Below are positions 30,044 to 42,900 of a stretch of 64,000 bases of DNA, in pieces. Below the pieces are notes generated by a model. That model was given only the letters and a program-made list of their open reading frames with translations. It had not been told where the DNA came from and did no database searches. The stretch comes from Podarcis melisellensis. Taxonomy: Eukaryota. The stretch is from NCBI GenBank assembly GCA_964234715.1, contig OZ174282.1, one strand, 5' to 3'. Position 1 is the stretch's first letter. Each line of letters begins with the position of its first letter. The translations under genes were made by a program, and so were the position numbers.

Positions 30044-31748
30044 AATGCCCCTGGCGATTATAAAGAGACACAAGTAGACCAAATTTGAAAAAATGAGGAA
30101 TTGGCTCAAAAATCATCAAATGCACTTTGTGTATGAGAAAAGAAAAGAAATAACCTAAAACCACACAAAAAAAGCAGGTGCTGGTGCTGAATCAGTTAAG
30201 ACAGACTTAAAAGCATTTTGAGTTAAAAGCATTCAGAGATAGACTGTGGCTCAGGACTGAAGCAGCTGCCCTGAATGCAGCAGCTCTCAGGTTCAGTCCC
30301 TGGGATCTCTACATAGGGTTGAGAGAGACTCCCTTTCTGAAACCCTGGAGAGCTGCTGCCAGTCAGTGCAGGCAGTAGCGAGTTGGATGGGCCAATAGTC
30401 TGACACAGTGTAAGGCAGCTCCGTACATTCCATGCGAGTGATTAAAAAGCACCCCCCACCCCAACTTATTGGTACACCATTAAGAAAAAAAAACTCTTTA
30501 CGAAACACCTATAAAAACTGTAGATTGCATGCACTATTTTAGAAGAGGCACACACAAGAAGAGGGGGAGTTAGGCAAGACAACTCCCTGCTGAATTATAG
30601 TTCTGTGTTATTTAGTGGGTAGTAGCAATTTTGTATTCTTCGCCTCCAGCCTCCATCTTTGGCTGGCCATGGTCTGAAAGTGGGGCCCAACTTCACCACA
30701 AAGCAGCGACATGGCAGGTTTCCACACTACAAAAAGCTGCTCTGACACCCTGTAAACTAAATGTTCTCAAGTTGTGGATCATGAACCATTGGTGGTCCAT
30801 CACCTCCATCCAAGTAGTACATGGGAAAGTTGCAAAAGGGTCAAGAAGATGTACATACAGTACTTCATTTTTCCAGGGATGGCAATAGAGGCTATTTTGA
30901 GCAGCATCTTCAAGAAAAAATGCAGAAGCAGGCAGATTGCTGAATAGGATCCGAGGGTAAAGCTGGCAAATGTCACACCCAACTTCGCAGAACTTTGCTC
31001 ACTAAAACAGAGACAGCCGTTGCATTAGAGAGGCAAGGACGTAGTTCCTGATCTGGTTGCCTTCCAGATGATGCTGTCCCTGCAGCTTCCATTGCCCCAT
31101 GTTGGCAGGTTCTGATGTAAATCGGAGTCATAATGATATCTGGAGGGCACCAGGTTGGGGAACGCTGCCCTGGATTAAGTCCAATTGATCACAGTAGGAC
31201 TTAAATCTCAGTAGATATGGATCAGGGCATACCAAGGGGTTGGTAAGGACACAGGCCCGGGGCAGGGCACAAGAATCATGCCTTGCCACTCTGGCTCAGA
31301 GAGGGTGAGTCCACCTGCCCATCTATGTGCTCTCCAGGCTTCTCATCTGCTTCTCTGGGTGGCCAGGCAAGGCACATAGGCTCATCTGGGTGCCTTGGTG
31401 GAGGACTTTGGCTGCTGGCATGGGCCATCACAGAGCAGACCTGACCCCAACGGCCATGGAGGAATTCACTGGTGGAGCGAGCAAGCGTTTTGAGTTTCTG
31501 GCTCATGGTCTCTCCCAGTTTTAGAGGTGCCAATACAGCTCCTTGCCAAGGGTACAAGGGACGAGGGGATGGGCACCAATGTAGCTCCTTGCCAAGAGAA
31601 CGTAGGTACACCTCTAGGCAGGATTACACAGGACACTGGTGATCAGGATTAAGAGGCATCAAGGAGGGCTGCGAAGCCCCAGGTTGGCAGAGTTGTGTGC
31701 ATTTAGCAACGCTGACAACACAAGGGCGGAGTAGAATGTCTTACCTTG

Positions 31749-32312
31749 TGTCAGGGACTAGCTGGACAGGGAGGGGTGGTGGGAGGCACCAGCTGGGGAA
31801 CCTCCAAGGGAAGCCCCAGAGGAAGAAGGCTCAGTTGGTGGTGGGACACTAAAGAGAGGTCAGCAGGAGAGGCAGGGCTGGATGCTGAAGGGACAATGGA
31901 GTTTAGTGAGCAGGGAGAGTCGGTGACAGGAAGCAGTTCAGACTCCAAGGCTGAAGCAGAGGAGGGAGGGTCAAGAAGCTGCTGAAGAATCCAGAGAGTC
32001 TGCTTCTCCTACTGTGACAAGCTCTCTTTCCCCCTGGTCTCCAAGAACACACAGAATAAAGAGATTAAAGAGGGCAGAGACCAGAGGTGCACAGACACAG
32101 TTTGAGACTGCTTGGAAAACATCTGGGAGAGGAGGAGCCCTAGAAAGGGTGGGAGACAGGGACCTTCAGTCCTGGCAACTGCTCCACAGAGGCAAGACCT
32201 GCTGGGAAGGGTTGCTGAGTTGTCTGCCATTTCCTTGAATAAAGAGTTGACTTTACTGGCAACAGAGCCTTGTGAATTTCATGCTGACCTGTACCTGACT
32301 TCAGCCCTGACA
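31749..32312 (+). mobile_element. Solo LTR (564 bp) with 5-bp TSD CCTTG
   Basis: TGTCAGGG...CCCTGACA termini, AATAAA near the 3' end, CCTTG at 31744-31748 and 32313-32317. Confidence 0.85.
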
Positions 32313-32765
32313 CCTTGTGAGTCTCAGCCTTATTTTTAAAATGTCCAGTTTCTAGCCCTTGTGATTGCAAAAAAAAGGCTTGAAGATCAATGGGCAATAT
32401 CTAGGGAAATCTCAGGATTCAAGAAAGGGAAGCCTGAGCAGGATTTCTAATTGTCAGAGGTGAGCTTTCAGTACCTAATTCCTTGTCCCTCCTTATAACG
32501 AGCAGGAATAGGATAATTCTCATATCTTTTTAACCTTGAAAAGACGTATGTCAGTTTTGCAGAATTGAATATAGGCTGCAGAATGTCACTGCATGGGACC
32601 TTGCTGCAGAATGTTGTTGTATCTAAATGCACAGTATACACAGGTCTGTGTTTAGAGATCCTCTCCTCTCCAGCTGCACAGTCAATGGAGCACTGTGATG
32701 AGATACGGTGACTTTAAAAAGAAGAGTGCCTTCTCTGGTTTCTGCAACACTGGCAGTTGCTTATC

Positions 32766-33728
32766 TCAAACACTGGTGGCCACTGGTGCCTCTTCAAAAG
32801 CTGTCTTGAAGACCTGCAGCAAGGACCTCCTCACTGCATCCTTGAACTCCTGCCCCACAAAGACATAGAGCAAGGGGTTGATGCAGCTGTTGAACAAGGC
32901 CAGACACTTGGAAAGAGGGATGGCCACCAGGTGCACGGCATCTGGAACAGCATCCATAGAGATCCTTGCCAGAGCCAGGGCATGGTAGGGCAGCCAGCAG
33001 AGGAAGAAGCAGAAGACCACCCTGGTAACCACCAAGAAGGGCTTGCTGGACTTGTTGAGCTTCTTCTTGTGCATGGTCACCACCAGGATGGTGTAGGAGA
33101 TGGAGATGACCAGCAAGGGCAGTAGGAACTGGTAGAGAAAGATGCAGATGGTGAGGACTTCTGCTTCCTGCCAGTCCTGGAAGATGTCCAGGTTGTTGCA
33201 GGAGCTCCGGTTATTCTTCTCCACTGAGATCTCAGTGAAGAAGTAAGAGCTGGGGACGAAGAAGGTGAGGGAGATCATCCAGAGGAGCCCGCAAGTCCCC
33301 CATGTGAGGCGCGGGGTCCGATAGTTCTGGCACCAGACGGGGGCCACCACCAGCACACAGCGGTCCACGCTGATGGAGCTGAGTAACAGGACACCGCTGC
33401 ACACGCTCAGCCCAAAAAGGCAGTTGGCCACCTTGCAGGCCACTGAGCCAAAGGGCCAGTGCAGGTCCAGGGCCAAGTTCAACACTGTGACGAAGATCAG
33501 GGAGGTGGAAGCCAAGTCGGCCAAGGCAAGGTTGAAGAACCAAATGGTGTTGGAGGTCCAGCGGAGCTTCCAGCCGGTGACCCACAACACTATCCCATTC
33601 CCAGTCACCCCAGCTAGGAAGATGAAGCTGAAGATCACTCCAGTGATGATCTTTACAGTGCTGCGCACAGTGGCTTCCTCCAGGACCAGAGAGGATGAGG
33701 AGACATTGCCTGCTGGGCTTGTTGACAT
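32766..33728 (-). CDS. Class A chemoattractant GPCR, formyl-peptide-receptor/CMKLR1/C3AR-like, 320 aa, single coding exon
   Basis: 7 TM segments; motifs GNGIVLW, NLALAD, WPFG..CK, DRC..V.PVWCQNYRT, CWLPYH, NSCINPLLYVFVGQEFK. Splice acceptor (pyrimidine tract + CAG) 4 nt upstream of the ATG implies a separate 5'-UTR exon, as in FPR genes. Confidence 0.93.
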   Translation of the reverse strand: MSTSPAGNVSSSSLVLEEATVRSTVKIITGVIFSFIFLAGVTGNGIVLWVTGWKLRWTSNTIWFFNLALADLASTSLIFVTVLNLALDLHWPFGSVACKVANCLFGLSVCSGVLLLSSISVDRCVLVVAPVWCQNYRTPRLTWGTCGLLWMISLTFFVPSSYFFTEISVEKNNRSSCNNLDIFQDWQEAEVLTICIFLYQFLLPLLVISISYTILVVTMHKKKLNKSSKPFLVVTRVVFCFFLCWLPYHALALARISMDAVPDAVHLVAIPLSKCLALFNSCINPLLYVFVGQEFKDAVRRSLLQVFKTAFEEAPVATSV

Positions 33729-34409
33729 CTCCCTGCCAAAGAGAGAAGGAGAGAAAACCCATTAATTATAATTTTTATATAGCGCCATCACTTATGTTGG
33801 GGTGGAGAGCACATTGGTTGGACTCCAACTCCCATCAGTCCTAGTCAGCGTGGCCAAAGGTCAGAGATGATGGGAGCTGGAGGGCCACAGGTATCCCATC
33901 CCTGTACTAGTGTATCATGGATGGCCAAACAGTCACAGGTGGAATAGGTCATGGGTTCCCGAATTGTGGTCCATGGACCACCAGTGGTCTAGCAGCTTCA
34001 TTCAGGTTGTCCACAGTGTGTGGATTTGTAGTTGAAGAAAAGAGATGGTGCATTCCTTGCATTAATCATACACACTGGTTTTGATTGTATTTTTTATTGC
34101 TTCTTCCATTTCTTATGTTGTATTTTACTGCAATGCAATCTGAATTCTAGGGAATGCAATATTTAAGAAAGAAAAGAAGCAACAGTAATGCAATTTAGAA
34201 TCATGCAGCATCTAGCACACTACAATTGTTGCAAAAGGCAGAAATAGTGATCCACCAATACCCTCTGCAATTGTCAAGTGGTCTGTGGGGAAAGGAGGTT
34301 TGGAAACCACTGGAATAAGTTGTAGCGGTTTGAGGTTCCCCCTGGATCTATGGGCCCGGATGTGGCACTGAGTGGGGCGTGAGCTCGTCCCTTGCTTTCC
34401 TGCAGCACA

Positions 34410-34700
34410 TAGTTAAAACTATGGAATGTGCAGAGATGGCCACCAGTTTGGATGATGTTAGAAGGGGATTAGACAAAATCACGGAGGGTACTAGCCATGG
34501 TGACTATGCTCTACCTCCACTGTCAAGTGTCAGCGTACTTATGAATGCCTGAAGCTGTGAATCACAGGTGAGCAGAGTGTTGATGCCCGCAGGTTCTGCT
34601 TGCAGTCTTCCTAAAAACATCTGGTTGGCCTCTGGGAGAATAGGAGGCTGGACCAGAGGGGCCTTTAGTCTAATCCAAGAAGGTTATTCTTAAGTTCCTG
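34410..34700 (+). mobile_element. CR1 LINE 3' fragment
   Basis: GATGGCCACC..TTGGATG..GGATTAGACAAA and GCTGGAC.AGA.GGGCC..TCTAATCCA motifs. Confidence 0.55.
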
Positions 34701-37002
34701 TGCTGAGTGCTCATTGCAAAGCCACATCAAGGCTAAGGGAGCTGTCCAGGGTTAGGTGCTGTAATTTTCACAATAACAGCACTTTCTCATACTCTGGACC
34801 TGGGGTACATGAGGTCCTTGGCCATCACTGCATGACCTAAATGATAAGCACTATCAACTTCATCATTATTTTGAGCAGGGATAAAAGGGCAACAAGGTGT
34901 GTTCTGCATCCTCACTGCAGCTTTTCAACCCCCCACCCTCCTCTTTCCGTTCACAGCCACTCTATCCAATGCAAGGGTCTGCAGCCCAAAGGGAAAACTC
35001 AGCCCTCCATGCACTCAGCCACTAAAATCTAGGTGGCTTGTAAGAGTAGAATAAGGAGGTATATGGGTGGGTGGTCCTTCTAGCTTTTCCTGTAGTATGA
35101 GTTGCATGGAAATGCAAACAATTAGACACAACACACCCATGCTCTCTTATCTTGTCTTGATCATATTCATATGGTGTGCACATGGAAAAACCCACAAGAG
35201 AATTAAGATTAACATTTTTGTTTGATCCACCATGCATTCAGCATATTGGTAATTAATTGAGGGATCTTATCTCTCTCCTCTCTTGTTTCCCTTTTGTAAA
35301 TTTGTCCTTATGATTTGAAAACTTCAATAGTATAGACAGATATAGATATGGATATGGATATGGAAAAAAGAAGGCAGACTTGTAGGGGGTTGACTAAGGG
35401 CACACAGATTGGTGGGGCAGTGCCCAGTTCACCCTATTGGACTAAGCCACCTCTAGGATCTACAAGTGAAGGGGGGGGGGGAAAGGTTGCCTGACTGGTG
35501 GGGCCAGGATTTCTGGGTTTTCATCCAAAGGAGAACCCTGTACTCCCTTTTCAGTTCTGTTCCACCACTCCTTTCTCCCACCCACCCACCCACCACCCTT
35601 TGCAATTACTTTAAATATATATATATATCTCAGTAAGTGAAATTCTCAAGGGCAATCTCTGTTGCTCTGGTTACAGCACAACTTCTTTCTAGCTGGGAAT
35701 ATTACACAGAGCAGAGGGGAGGGAGGAGTGTGAGCTGGAGGGCAGCTTGGATGAATGAAGCACCGTTCAAAGCAGAAAGTTGCATAAGGGGTTGTAGAGA
35801 TGTTCTGTTGCCAAGAGATGGGAAGAGGCAGAGCTGCCATGGTGGGAGTTGGTCAGTGATGACACGTGCCAAGCCCTCATGGGGGCAGTTCGCCTGCACC
35901 CAAACCCCACAGTGCCTCTCTCTCTAAATTCAACATTCATGTTGAAGGCAAACATGTAGGAATATGTTAATGATGTAGATCGGGGGAAAGGTACTGGTGG
36001 ATCTAATCTATCCTTTCAGATTTGCAAGCACAAATGTAGAAAACCGTGAGAGCTTTTTTGAAATCATAGCACATTTTATTTATTTTTATTTTCTGCATTC
36101 ACAACCCACCTTTCCTGTAAGGAACTCCAGGTGACATACATGGTTCTCTTCCTCCTCACAACAACCCTGTGAGGTGGGTAAGTTCCTGGCCCAAAATCCC
36201 CCAGTTTGCTTCCTGGCTGTGTGGAGATTTGAACCCTGGTCTTCCAGGTCCTAGTCCGACACTCTAACCACTGCACCACACTGAATTTTCAGCTTGTAAC
36301 ATTGTTACTAGCGTTCAGAGTTCAGTTGTGCAATGATAATGTTGATGGTGGCGGGGGTTTTAATATAAGACTATTCTTGAATCCAGAATTTTGGCATTTC
36401 AGATTTGGAGGAGAGAGGAAAAAACTGCTGGATTTCTATCGGATGAGAACTTAGGTTTTCGGCTCTGCTTCTTGCATCCCTGCTGGAGATCACCATCTGT
36501 ATGCAATCTTGTTATGCAACACTCCTGCGGCTGTATAAATAACATAGCTATTGTTGCGTCTGGCCTGCTGGGGACGGCTGTAACCTAGAAGCTCTCTGCG
36601 TGTGGGTGGTACACATTGTGCAACCTTTCTCAAAACTCATTCCAGCTGCTGTTTAAATGCCCAGAGACATACAACCTGGAAACAGCAAAATAAAAAAGGT
36701 ATGCAGGTAGCTGGGGGTTGCAGGACCACCGTTTTTACTAACCCCCTGCTCTTCTGCTGTTAACAGCAGCCCAGCACAGAAGTTAAGCAGGGGAAAATTC
36801 CACACTCTGTGTCAGGGAAAACTGTTCTCAACCGACTTTGTGTATTGAGTACAAAAAGCCAGGCCAGTGAAAAGAAAAGTCACCAGTCCGCAGGAGGTTT
36901 TGAAAACGGCACCTTTCCTCCGTTTCTTGATACATGAAAAAGCAACTGGACCATCGTTTTGCAGCAAAATGCCCATGTTTACATTTTGCACCCTATTACT
37001 TT

Positions 37003-37343
37003 AACATCGACTTCGTTGGGCTGGTCATGTTGTTCGGATGCCTGGAACAAGCACGAATTCAGGACGGAAGGGCAAAACGAGCTAAGAGGAAGGCACGTTG
37101 GGCAAATCCTCACCGTAATCAACTCCCGCCCAGAAACCTATGTCCCCACTGTGGAAGGATGTGCGGATCCAAAATTGGCCTCCACAGTCACTTAGAGACA
37201 CACTGTTAAGACCTCAGGGAAGACACTCTTACTCAGCTACCAGTGATCATCGAAGAAGAAGAAGAAGAAGAAGAAGAAGAAGAAGAAGAAGAAGAAGAAG
37301 AAGAAGAAGAAGAAGAAGGAGAAGAAGAAGAAGTAGAAGTAGA
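37003..37343 (+). mobile_element. RTE LINE 3' end (internally deleted) with (GAA)n tail
   Basis: HRLRWAGHVVRMP, then zinc finger CPHCGRMCGSKIGLHSHLETHC*, then (GAA)n at 37252-37332. Confidence 0.8.
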
Positions 37344-37659
37344 CGACTTTTGCAACTGGTTACCTTACCAGAATTGCACTGCATGCCATGATGTTGATGG
37401 GACTCTAGGCACAAGGGCAGGAAACCGCAGGCTGCCAGATATTGTTGGACTACAATACTGTCACGCGACAAATACATCATATTCATTTAGTAAGGCCTTT
37501 AATGTCATGGCACCGCTAATGTGGAGCTACTAAATTAGACAGGCACCTCCAATTCTGGTGTTTCACCCAGCGGTCTGACTGGATATAACGCACCTTCCTT
37601 CATCGTTTACAAAGGCAGCACAGAACAGAGTTAGCGGGGTGCATCTCTGTAGAGAACTA

Positions 37660-39090
37660 AGCAGGGGGAGATGACTGCGAAGATGCTGCTTTTGCGCCCC
37701 GCTAGTCCCTTCGTGTCAATAACTACGGCCGAATTTCCAGGGTCCCGTCCCGTCCCCCGACCCCCAGCTCTCTAGAAAGGGAAGCGAAACCCCAAGAGCA
37801 CGTTTGCCCCTTCAGATGCGCGCCGCAATCCCTTTCTGCTCCAATATTTCCGGCACCACCTTAAAGGCCGGAATTCTTTACATTTCCATGGAGTGCGGAG
37901 AAAAGTCGGGGAAGTGACCAGGCCAGGCCACGGAGGGCTTGCAGCGCGAGCTGGAACTGTTCAAAGCGCAGTGTGCCTCTTCTTTTTAAAAAACGTCCTT
38001 ATTTATTAAAGCTGGGAGGGAAATGGGATTTTTACTGGTGCATGGAGTCAGATGTTCAACCGGTGTGGTTTTTCTCAGCATTCCCTCCTCCATGGGGGGG
38101 GTGAGCTCGACCTGTTGAACTATGCTGCCTCTTATGTCTGGGTAGCTCAGTTGACTAGAGCGTGGTGCTGATAACGCCAAGGTTGCAGGTTCAATCCTCG
38201 TATGGGACAGCCGCTTACTATATTCCTGCATGGCAGGAGGTTGGACTAGATCCTTGGGGTATCTTCCAATTCTGATTCTATGTAGCCACCGGTGGTGGGT
38301 ATGTGCGCCAATACCGGCGCTCGGTTGTCCAGGCAGCGGGCGGGGCGCGCCTCGCCCCTGCTATTCAGCCCGTTAGCTGCCTCCAAGCGGGCGTCTCCTT
38401 CTGCATGAGGCTCATCAATCAGCCTCCCCGCGACGGGGCGGGAGATCTGCAGGCAGGCTCGCCCGCTCCCATTCCTGCGCCCTCGTCCCCGGTGGCGACG
38501 GCGGGAGGTTTGCTAATAATGACGGATTAGGATGAGCCAGCCGGCCCCGCGGGCCGCTTTGGGACACCGGAGCCGTCGGGGGAGCGCAGGGCCACGTGCT
38601 CCGGAGCCGCCAAGGCCCATTAGGCGCGCTAATTGATGCGCGCCCAGCTGCTTCAACGCACGCACAGCTAACAAACGCCAGGCGCGCCGCCGGCAAGCTG
38701 TTAATTCATTAAGCGCTTTCTCTCCAGACAAGGCGGAGGAAAGAGTTGGCCGCGGAGTAAAAGGTTTAATCGAGGCTTAAGAACACAGCGCGACGCCCTC
38801 CGATTTATTAACTCCCGCTCTGACCACTGGACGCCACTCCCGTCGCCTTGGTGAGAAGACGACGAAGGGATCTCGATCCTTCGGACTTTTCGTCTTAAAG
38901 CCGTATCCCTACCTCCGCCTTCCCTTTTGTAAGAAGGGTATCCGCTCCAATATCTATTGCCTAATAAAATCTAATTATGTTATTGCACTGATCAGTGTTG
39001 CTGGGCAGAAAACTCTTGCGCTGCTTAATTTTTCTGCGGGAAAGAAAATTCCCTTTTATAAGTTCATTAGTAACCATGAGTGGGTGCCAG
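37660..39090. promoter_or_regulatory. Orphan CpG island / putative developmental enhancer rich in homeodomain motifs
   Basis: CpG-dense non-coding DNA with TCATCAATCA (reverse PBX-HOX-like), GGATTA, CTAATTG, TTAATTCATTAA, GATTTATTAA. Confidence 0.5.
38136..38282 (+). mobile_element. tRNA(Ile)-derived SINE with CR1-like tail; other copies at 43638-43775 and 60914-61310
   Basis: A/B-box tRNA head plus CR1-like tail. Confidence 0.78.
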
Positions 39091-39689
39091 CTGTGAGTAC
39101 AATATTAGGCAAGCTTTGTACTTTCAAAGTGTTTAGCCTAAATACAAGTAAAATAAACCTTGTTAAATTAGATTACTCTCTAGGGCAGGTAGCCAGGATA
39201 GTACTCTCCAGATTTCACCCCCGTCAGCCCCAACCAGCAAGTGTCAGAAAATTATGGGAGTTCAATACATAAGCAGAAGTAGTAAATATTTAAAGAACCA
39301 GAAGGGGAAGTTGAAGGAAGTCACGGGGGTTTTTTTTTTCATTTTCTTTTATATGACAAATGTTATATTGTGTTGTTTGATTCAATATAAAACTGTAAAA
39401 AAACCATAAAATCTTCCAAAAAAAAAAAAAAAGGAAAAGAAATTATGGGAATTCAACATCATCTGGAGGGTCCACGTTGGCTAACCTTGTTTTAGGGCAT
39501 CCCCCCACCCCCAATGCAAACTGGTTTGTTTCTGATTTGTTACACTATGGAAATTATCCTAATTTGCATGACATTATTATCTGGGCATTTTCCCAGTTCA
39601 AAATTTTCCTGAAAACCCATATTGCTGACATTTATATCCCTCCTTTTTTCCAAGGTGCCCAATTCAAGGTGGTTATATTGATATACAAA

Positions 39690-39975
39690 GCATGCCCATG
39701 CAAGTAGATAAATAGGTACTGCTGTGGCAGGAAGGTAAATGGTGTTTCCTTGTGCTCTGCTTTCCATCACAGGGTTCTGTTGTGCCAGAACCGGTTTAGT
39801 CATGCTGGCCACATGACCCAGAAAGCTGTCTGTGGACAAACACTGGCTCCCTTGGCCTGAAAGCGAGACAAGTGCCGTAACCCCATAGTCGCCTTTGACT
39901 GGACTTAACCATCCAGGGGCCCTTTACCTTACCTTACCTTACCTTACCTTACCTTACCTTACCTTACCTTACCTA
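39690..39975 (+). mobile_element. 5'-truncated Sauria-type SINE with expanded (ACCTT)n tail
   Basis: GCAAGTAGATAAATAGGTAC core; pentamer tail at ~39925-39973. Confidence 0.8.
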
Positions 39976-42900
39976 CAAAGCCGCAAAACAGCTTGTGTCC
40001 CAAACAACTGAAGGAGTGCCTCTGCACATACAGAGCTGACCAAATGTTAATGTGAGTGGGGGAGACTCTTGCTGATGGTACCACAATCTTTTGGGATCCC
40101 AGGGACAGTGGTGCACAGGAGAGCCTTCTCTGTGGTGGCCCCTTGCAATGGAACTCCCTCACTTCAGCGAGCCACTTGGCACTTTCATTGTACTCAGTTT
40201 CATCTTGTCCTCTGCTTTCATTGTAGGACTCAGTTTCATCTTGTCCTCTGCTTTCACCCCCAGGGAAAACCACTCTTTAGTGCTCAATTGGAGCAAACAA
40301 CAGTTCGAGTTTTCTCCGTATTGACATTTGTTCTGATTTAGCGCTAAAGAGTTGGTTTTCCCCAGGAAAGGAGTGGTGCGAGGGGAAAGCCACTCTGACA
40401 TCTGCCTAGAGTGGAAAACTACTTAGATCTGTGCTTCCCCTCCACTTCTGCACTCTAGTAATTTCTGTCTTGTTTTAATTACAGTTCCAAGTGACGTTTT
40501 AGTGATATACAATGTTTGAGGCAGGGCTTTTTTTCAGCCAGAACTCAGTTCCAGAACCTCAGGTGGGCACCACTGCCATTATAAGAGAACAAGGAAGGCA
40601 TTCATGGTGAGATTCCTGCATTGCAGGGGCTGGACTAGATGATCCTTGGGGTCCCAACTCTACAATTCTATGATTCTCTCTCCATTTACGCTGCCTCAAG
40701 TAGCAGCATACTAAACAGAGCAGACGCTGCTTCACATACTGTAGAATTCCTATACGGAGAGCAATTTACCTGCAGGGAACAGAATTAACCCCCCAGGTGT
40801 GAGAGTCCCTCTCCCCTACACACCCACCCACACCCACATACCAGACAGTTTCACTGCGTGAAAATGCTTTCCGGGCAGAAATTTTGTGACCTGTGAAGTT
40901 GCTCTTTAGAACAAGCATTGTAGGGTCCCAAGATCTAGGGAAGAATTGTGGCCTCTTTGCCTTTGGGTTTCCTTAAAGAAATGAAAGGAGAGAGTGGATC
41001 CTCCATATTCAGAATCAGTGTACCCTTGTGGGATGCTAGGTGGGAACAAAGAACAAGGGGTTCCAATCACTTTCTTGCCTTGGTTGTGAGTTTCTCAAAG
41101 ACATTTGACTAGTCGCTGTTGAAGGCAAAGCACCAGGCAGCATGGACTTTAAGTCACATCTAATAAGATGATTTATATAGAGTTCCTTTCGGCAGCAATC
41201 ACATACTCATTTACCTGGGAATAGGTCCCACTGAACTTACTTCTGAGTAGACATGTATAGGGATTAACAACCCAAACACTTATGTCCGCCTCTGCCTCAG
41301 TTTCCCCATCTATGAAATGGTCCTATTACCATCTGTTATCTGTGGCCACGTTACAGCACCAGATTTCTAACTCCCCAAAGCACCTCCAAAAGGGGGGGGG
41401 AATACACCTGCGTGTTAAAAGGATGCATCTTATATATCCTTTTCTAGCACAGGGGAGTGTGTGCATGATCATGTATGGAGGGGGAAAAGAAGGAAGACCG
41501 AACAGTGTTCCTACCCACTTTTTAATTTGGACCTAAATCCATTGAAAGAGATGGTTTTACAAAGTTGGATCTCTCCCCAGTTACGGTTTTAAAAAGGTAA
41601 TTACCTGTACTCTTGTAATAATTCGGTGGATAGGGCTTTAGAAAGGCTTTTGTCGTCAGGTTGTTAATTATTATCCATCGTTAGAAACAGGTGGTTTTAC
41701 AAAGTTCTGTACCTCCTTACGCATGAAAAAGGCGATTATTATTATTATAATGACAAGTTCGTTGGAGATAGTCTTGGAAAGGCTTTTGCTGTTACACTGG
41801 TTAGTCATGTCTGCTCACTTCAGTGGGTCTACTCTGAGTAAGACTAGCATGGAATACAACCCATTATCTCTCCATCACCATCCTAAGGAGCTGGTGTACA
41901 AGAGGGAAAGGAGGAGGAGAAAAACCCCTTTGGGATCAAGCTGTCTTACCTTGCTTCAGGTGTGGTCAGTCTCTTCAACAGGTTAGAAAAGTAGTGAGTT
42001 CTGGCCGCCGCCTCCTCTGTCCATCTGCTGGCAGAAGGCGTGGGTGATTTTCTGCTAGCTCCAGAAGAGTGGAAGATGCTTTGATCCCGACCCAGTAGGA
42101 TGACCTGAGCCCAGTGCTGTGGGCAATGAAGCTAATGCTCCGTCTATTACAGAAAAGCCCCCAAGTACTGAGTGTCAGAGAAGCGGATTAGCTGTTCCCT
42201 GCAAGGTGATGCGGGGCTCGCTGGCATATCTTTGTCTTCCTGTGCGTGAGGGAGATGTGGAGCGTGTGAGACAGGGGGAGAGAGCACGAGAGCAAGTGCT
42301 GAAGCTGGAAGGAGCAAGCCGGTCTATAAGGTAGCAAGGAACTCAGCTGCCCAATAGAATTGATGCAATAGGGAGCGGGGGTGTCTCCCTCACAGACAAT
42401 GGATGGGTTAATGCAGTCTCCCCCAATGCAATGTTTTGGACTACAACTCCTGTCTTCTGCAGCCAGCATGGGCAATGGTCAAGGGTGATGGTTCCTGCCT
42501 CAAAAATCTGGAGGGCCCCATGTTCAAAGGAAAGAAGAAAAACTGTGCTAGTGCAACCCCCCCCCCCTTTCCAGCTCTTACTCTGCCTTTTCCTCTCCTT
42601 CAGCTGCACCATGGTGATGAACAACCCTGGACTTAAAAGAAGGATGCAACAAAGGTGACAGTTCAGGCATTAGCTTGCTTTCTGATAATCTGAGTGATAG
42701 TTGTTGTCAGTGGCATCGCAAGGGGGGCAGGCAGTGCGCCCTGGGTGTCGTGTCTGGAGGGGTGACAAAAAGGCACCCCACGGGGTGCTTGCCCCACCAC
42801 CCCTGGGCACGGCAGCGGGAGCAGCCATCGTGCCCCTGCAGCCACATGTGGAGGATCCTCGTTCGTGGCTGCAGTCACGAGAAGAGGATCCGCCCCCATC

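Noticed and set aside
32757-33765. Antisense and alternate-frame ORFs over the GPCR
   Set aside because: Shadow ORFs expected from GC-rich codon usage of the real minus-strand CDS.
37140-37533. Poly-Glu, poly-Arg and poly-Leu ORFs
   Set aside because: Translations of the (GAA)n tail of an RTE element.
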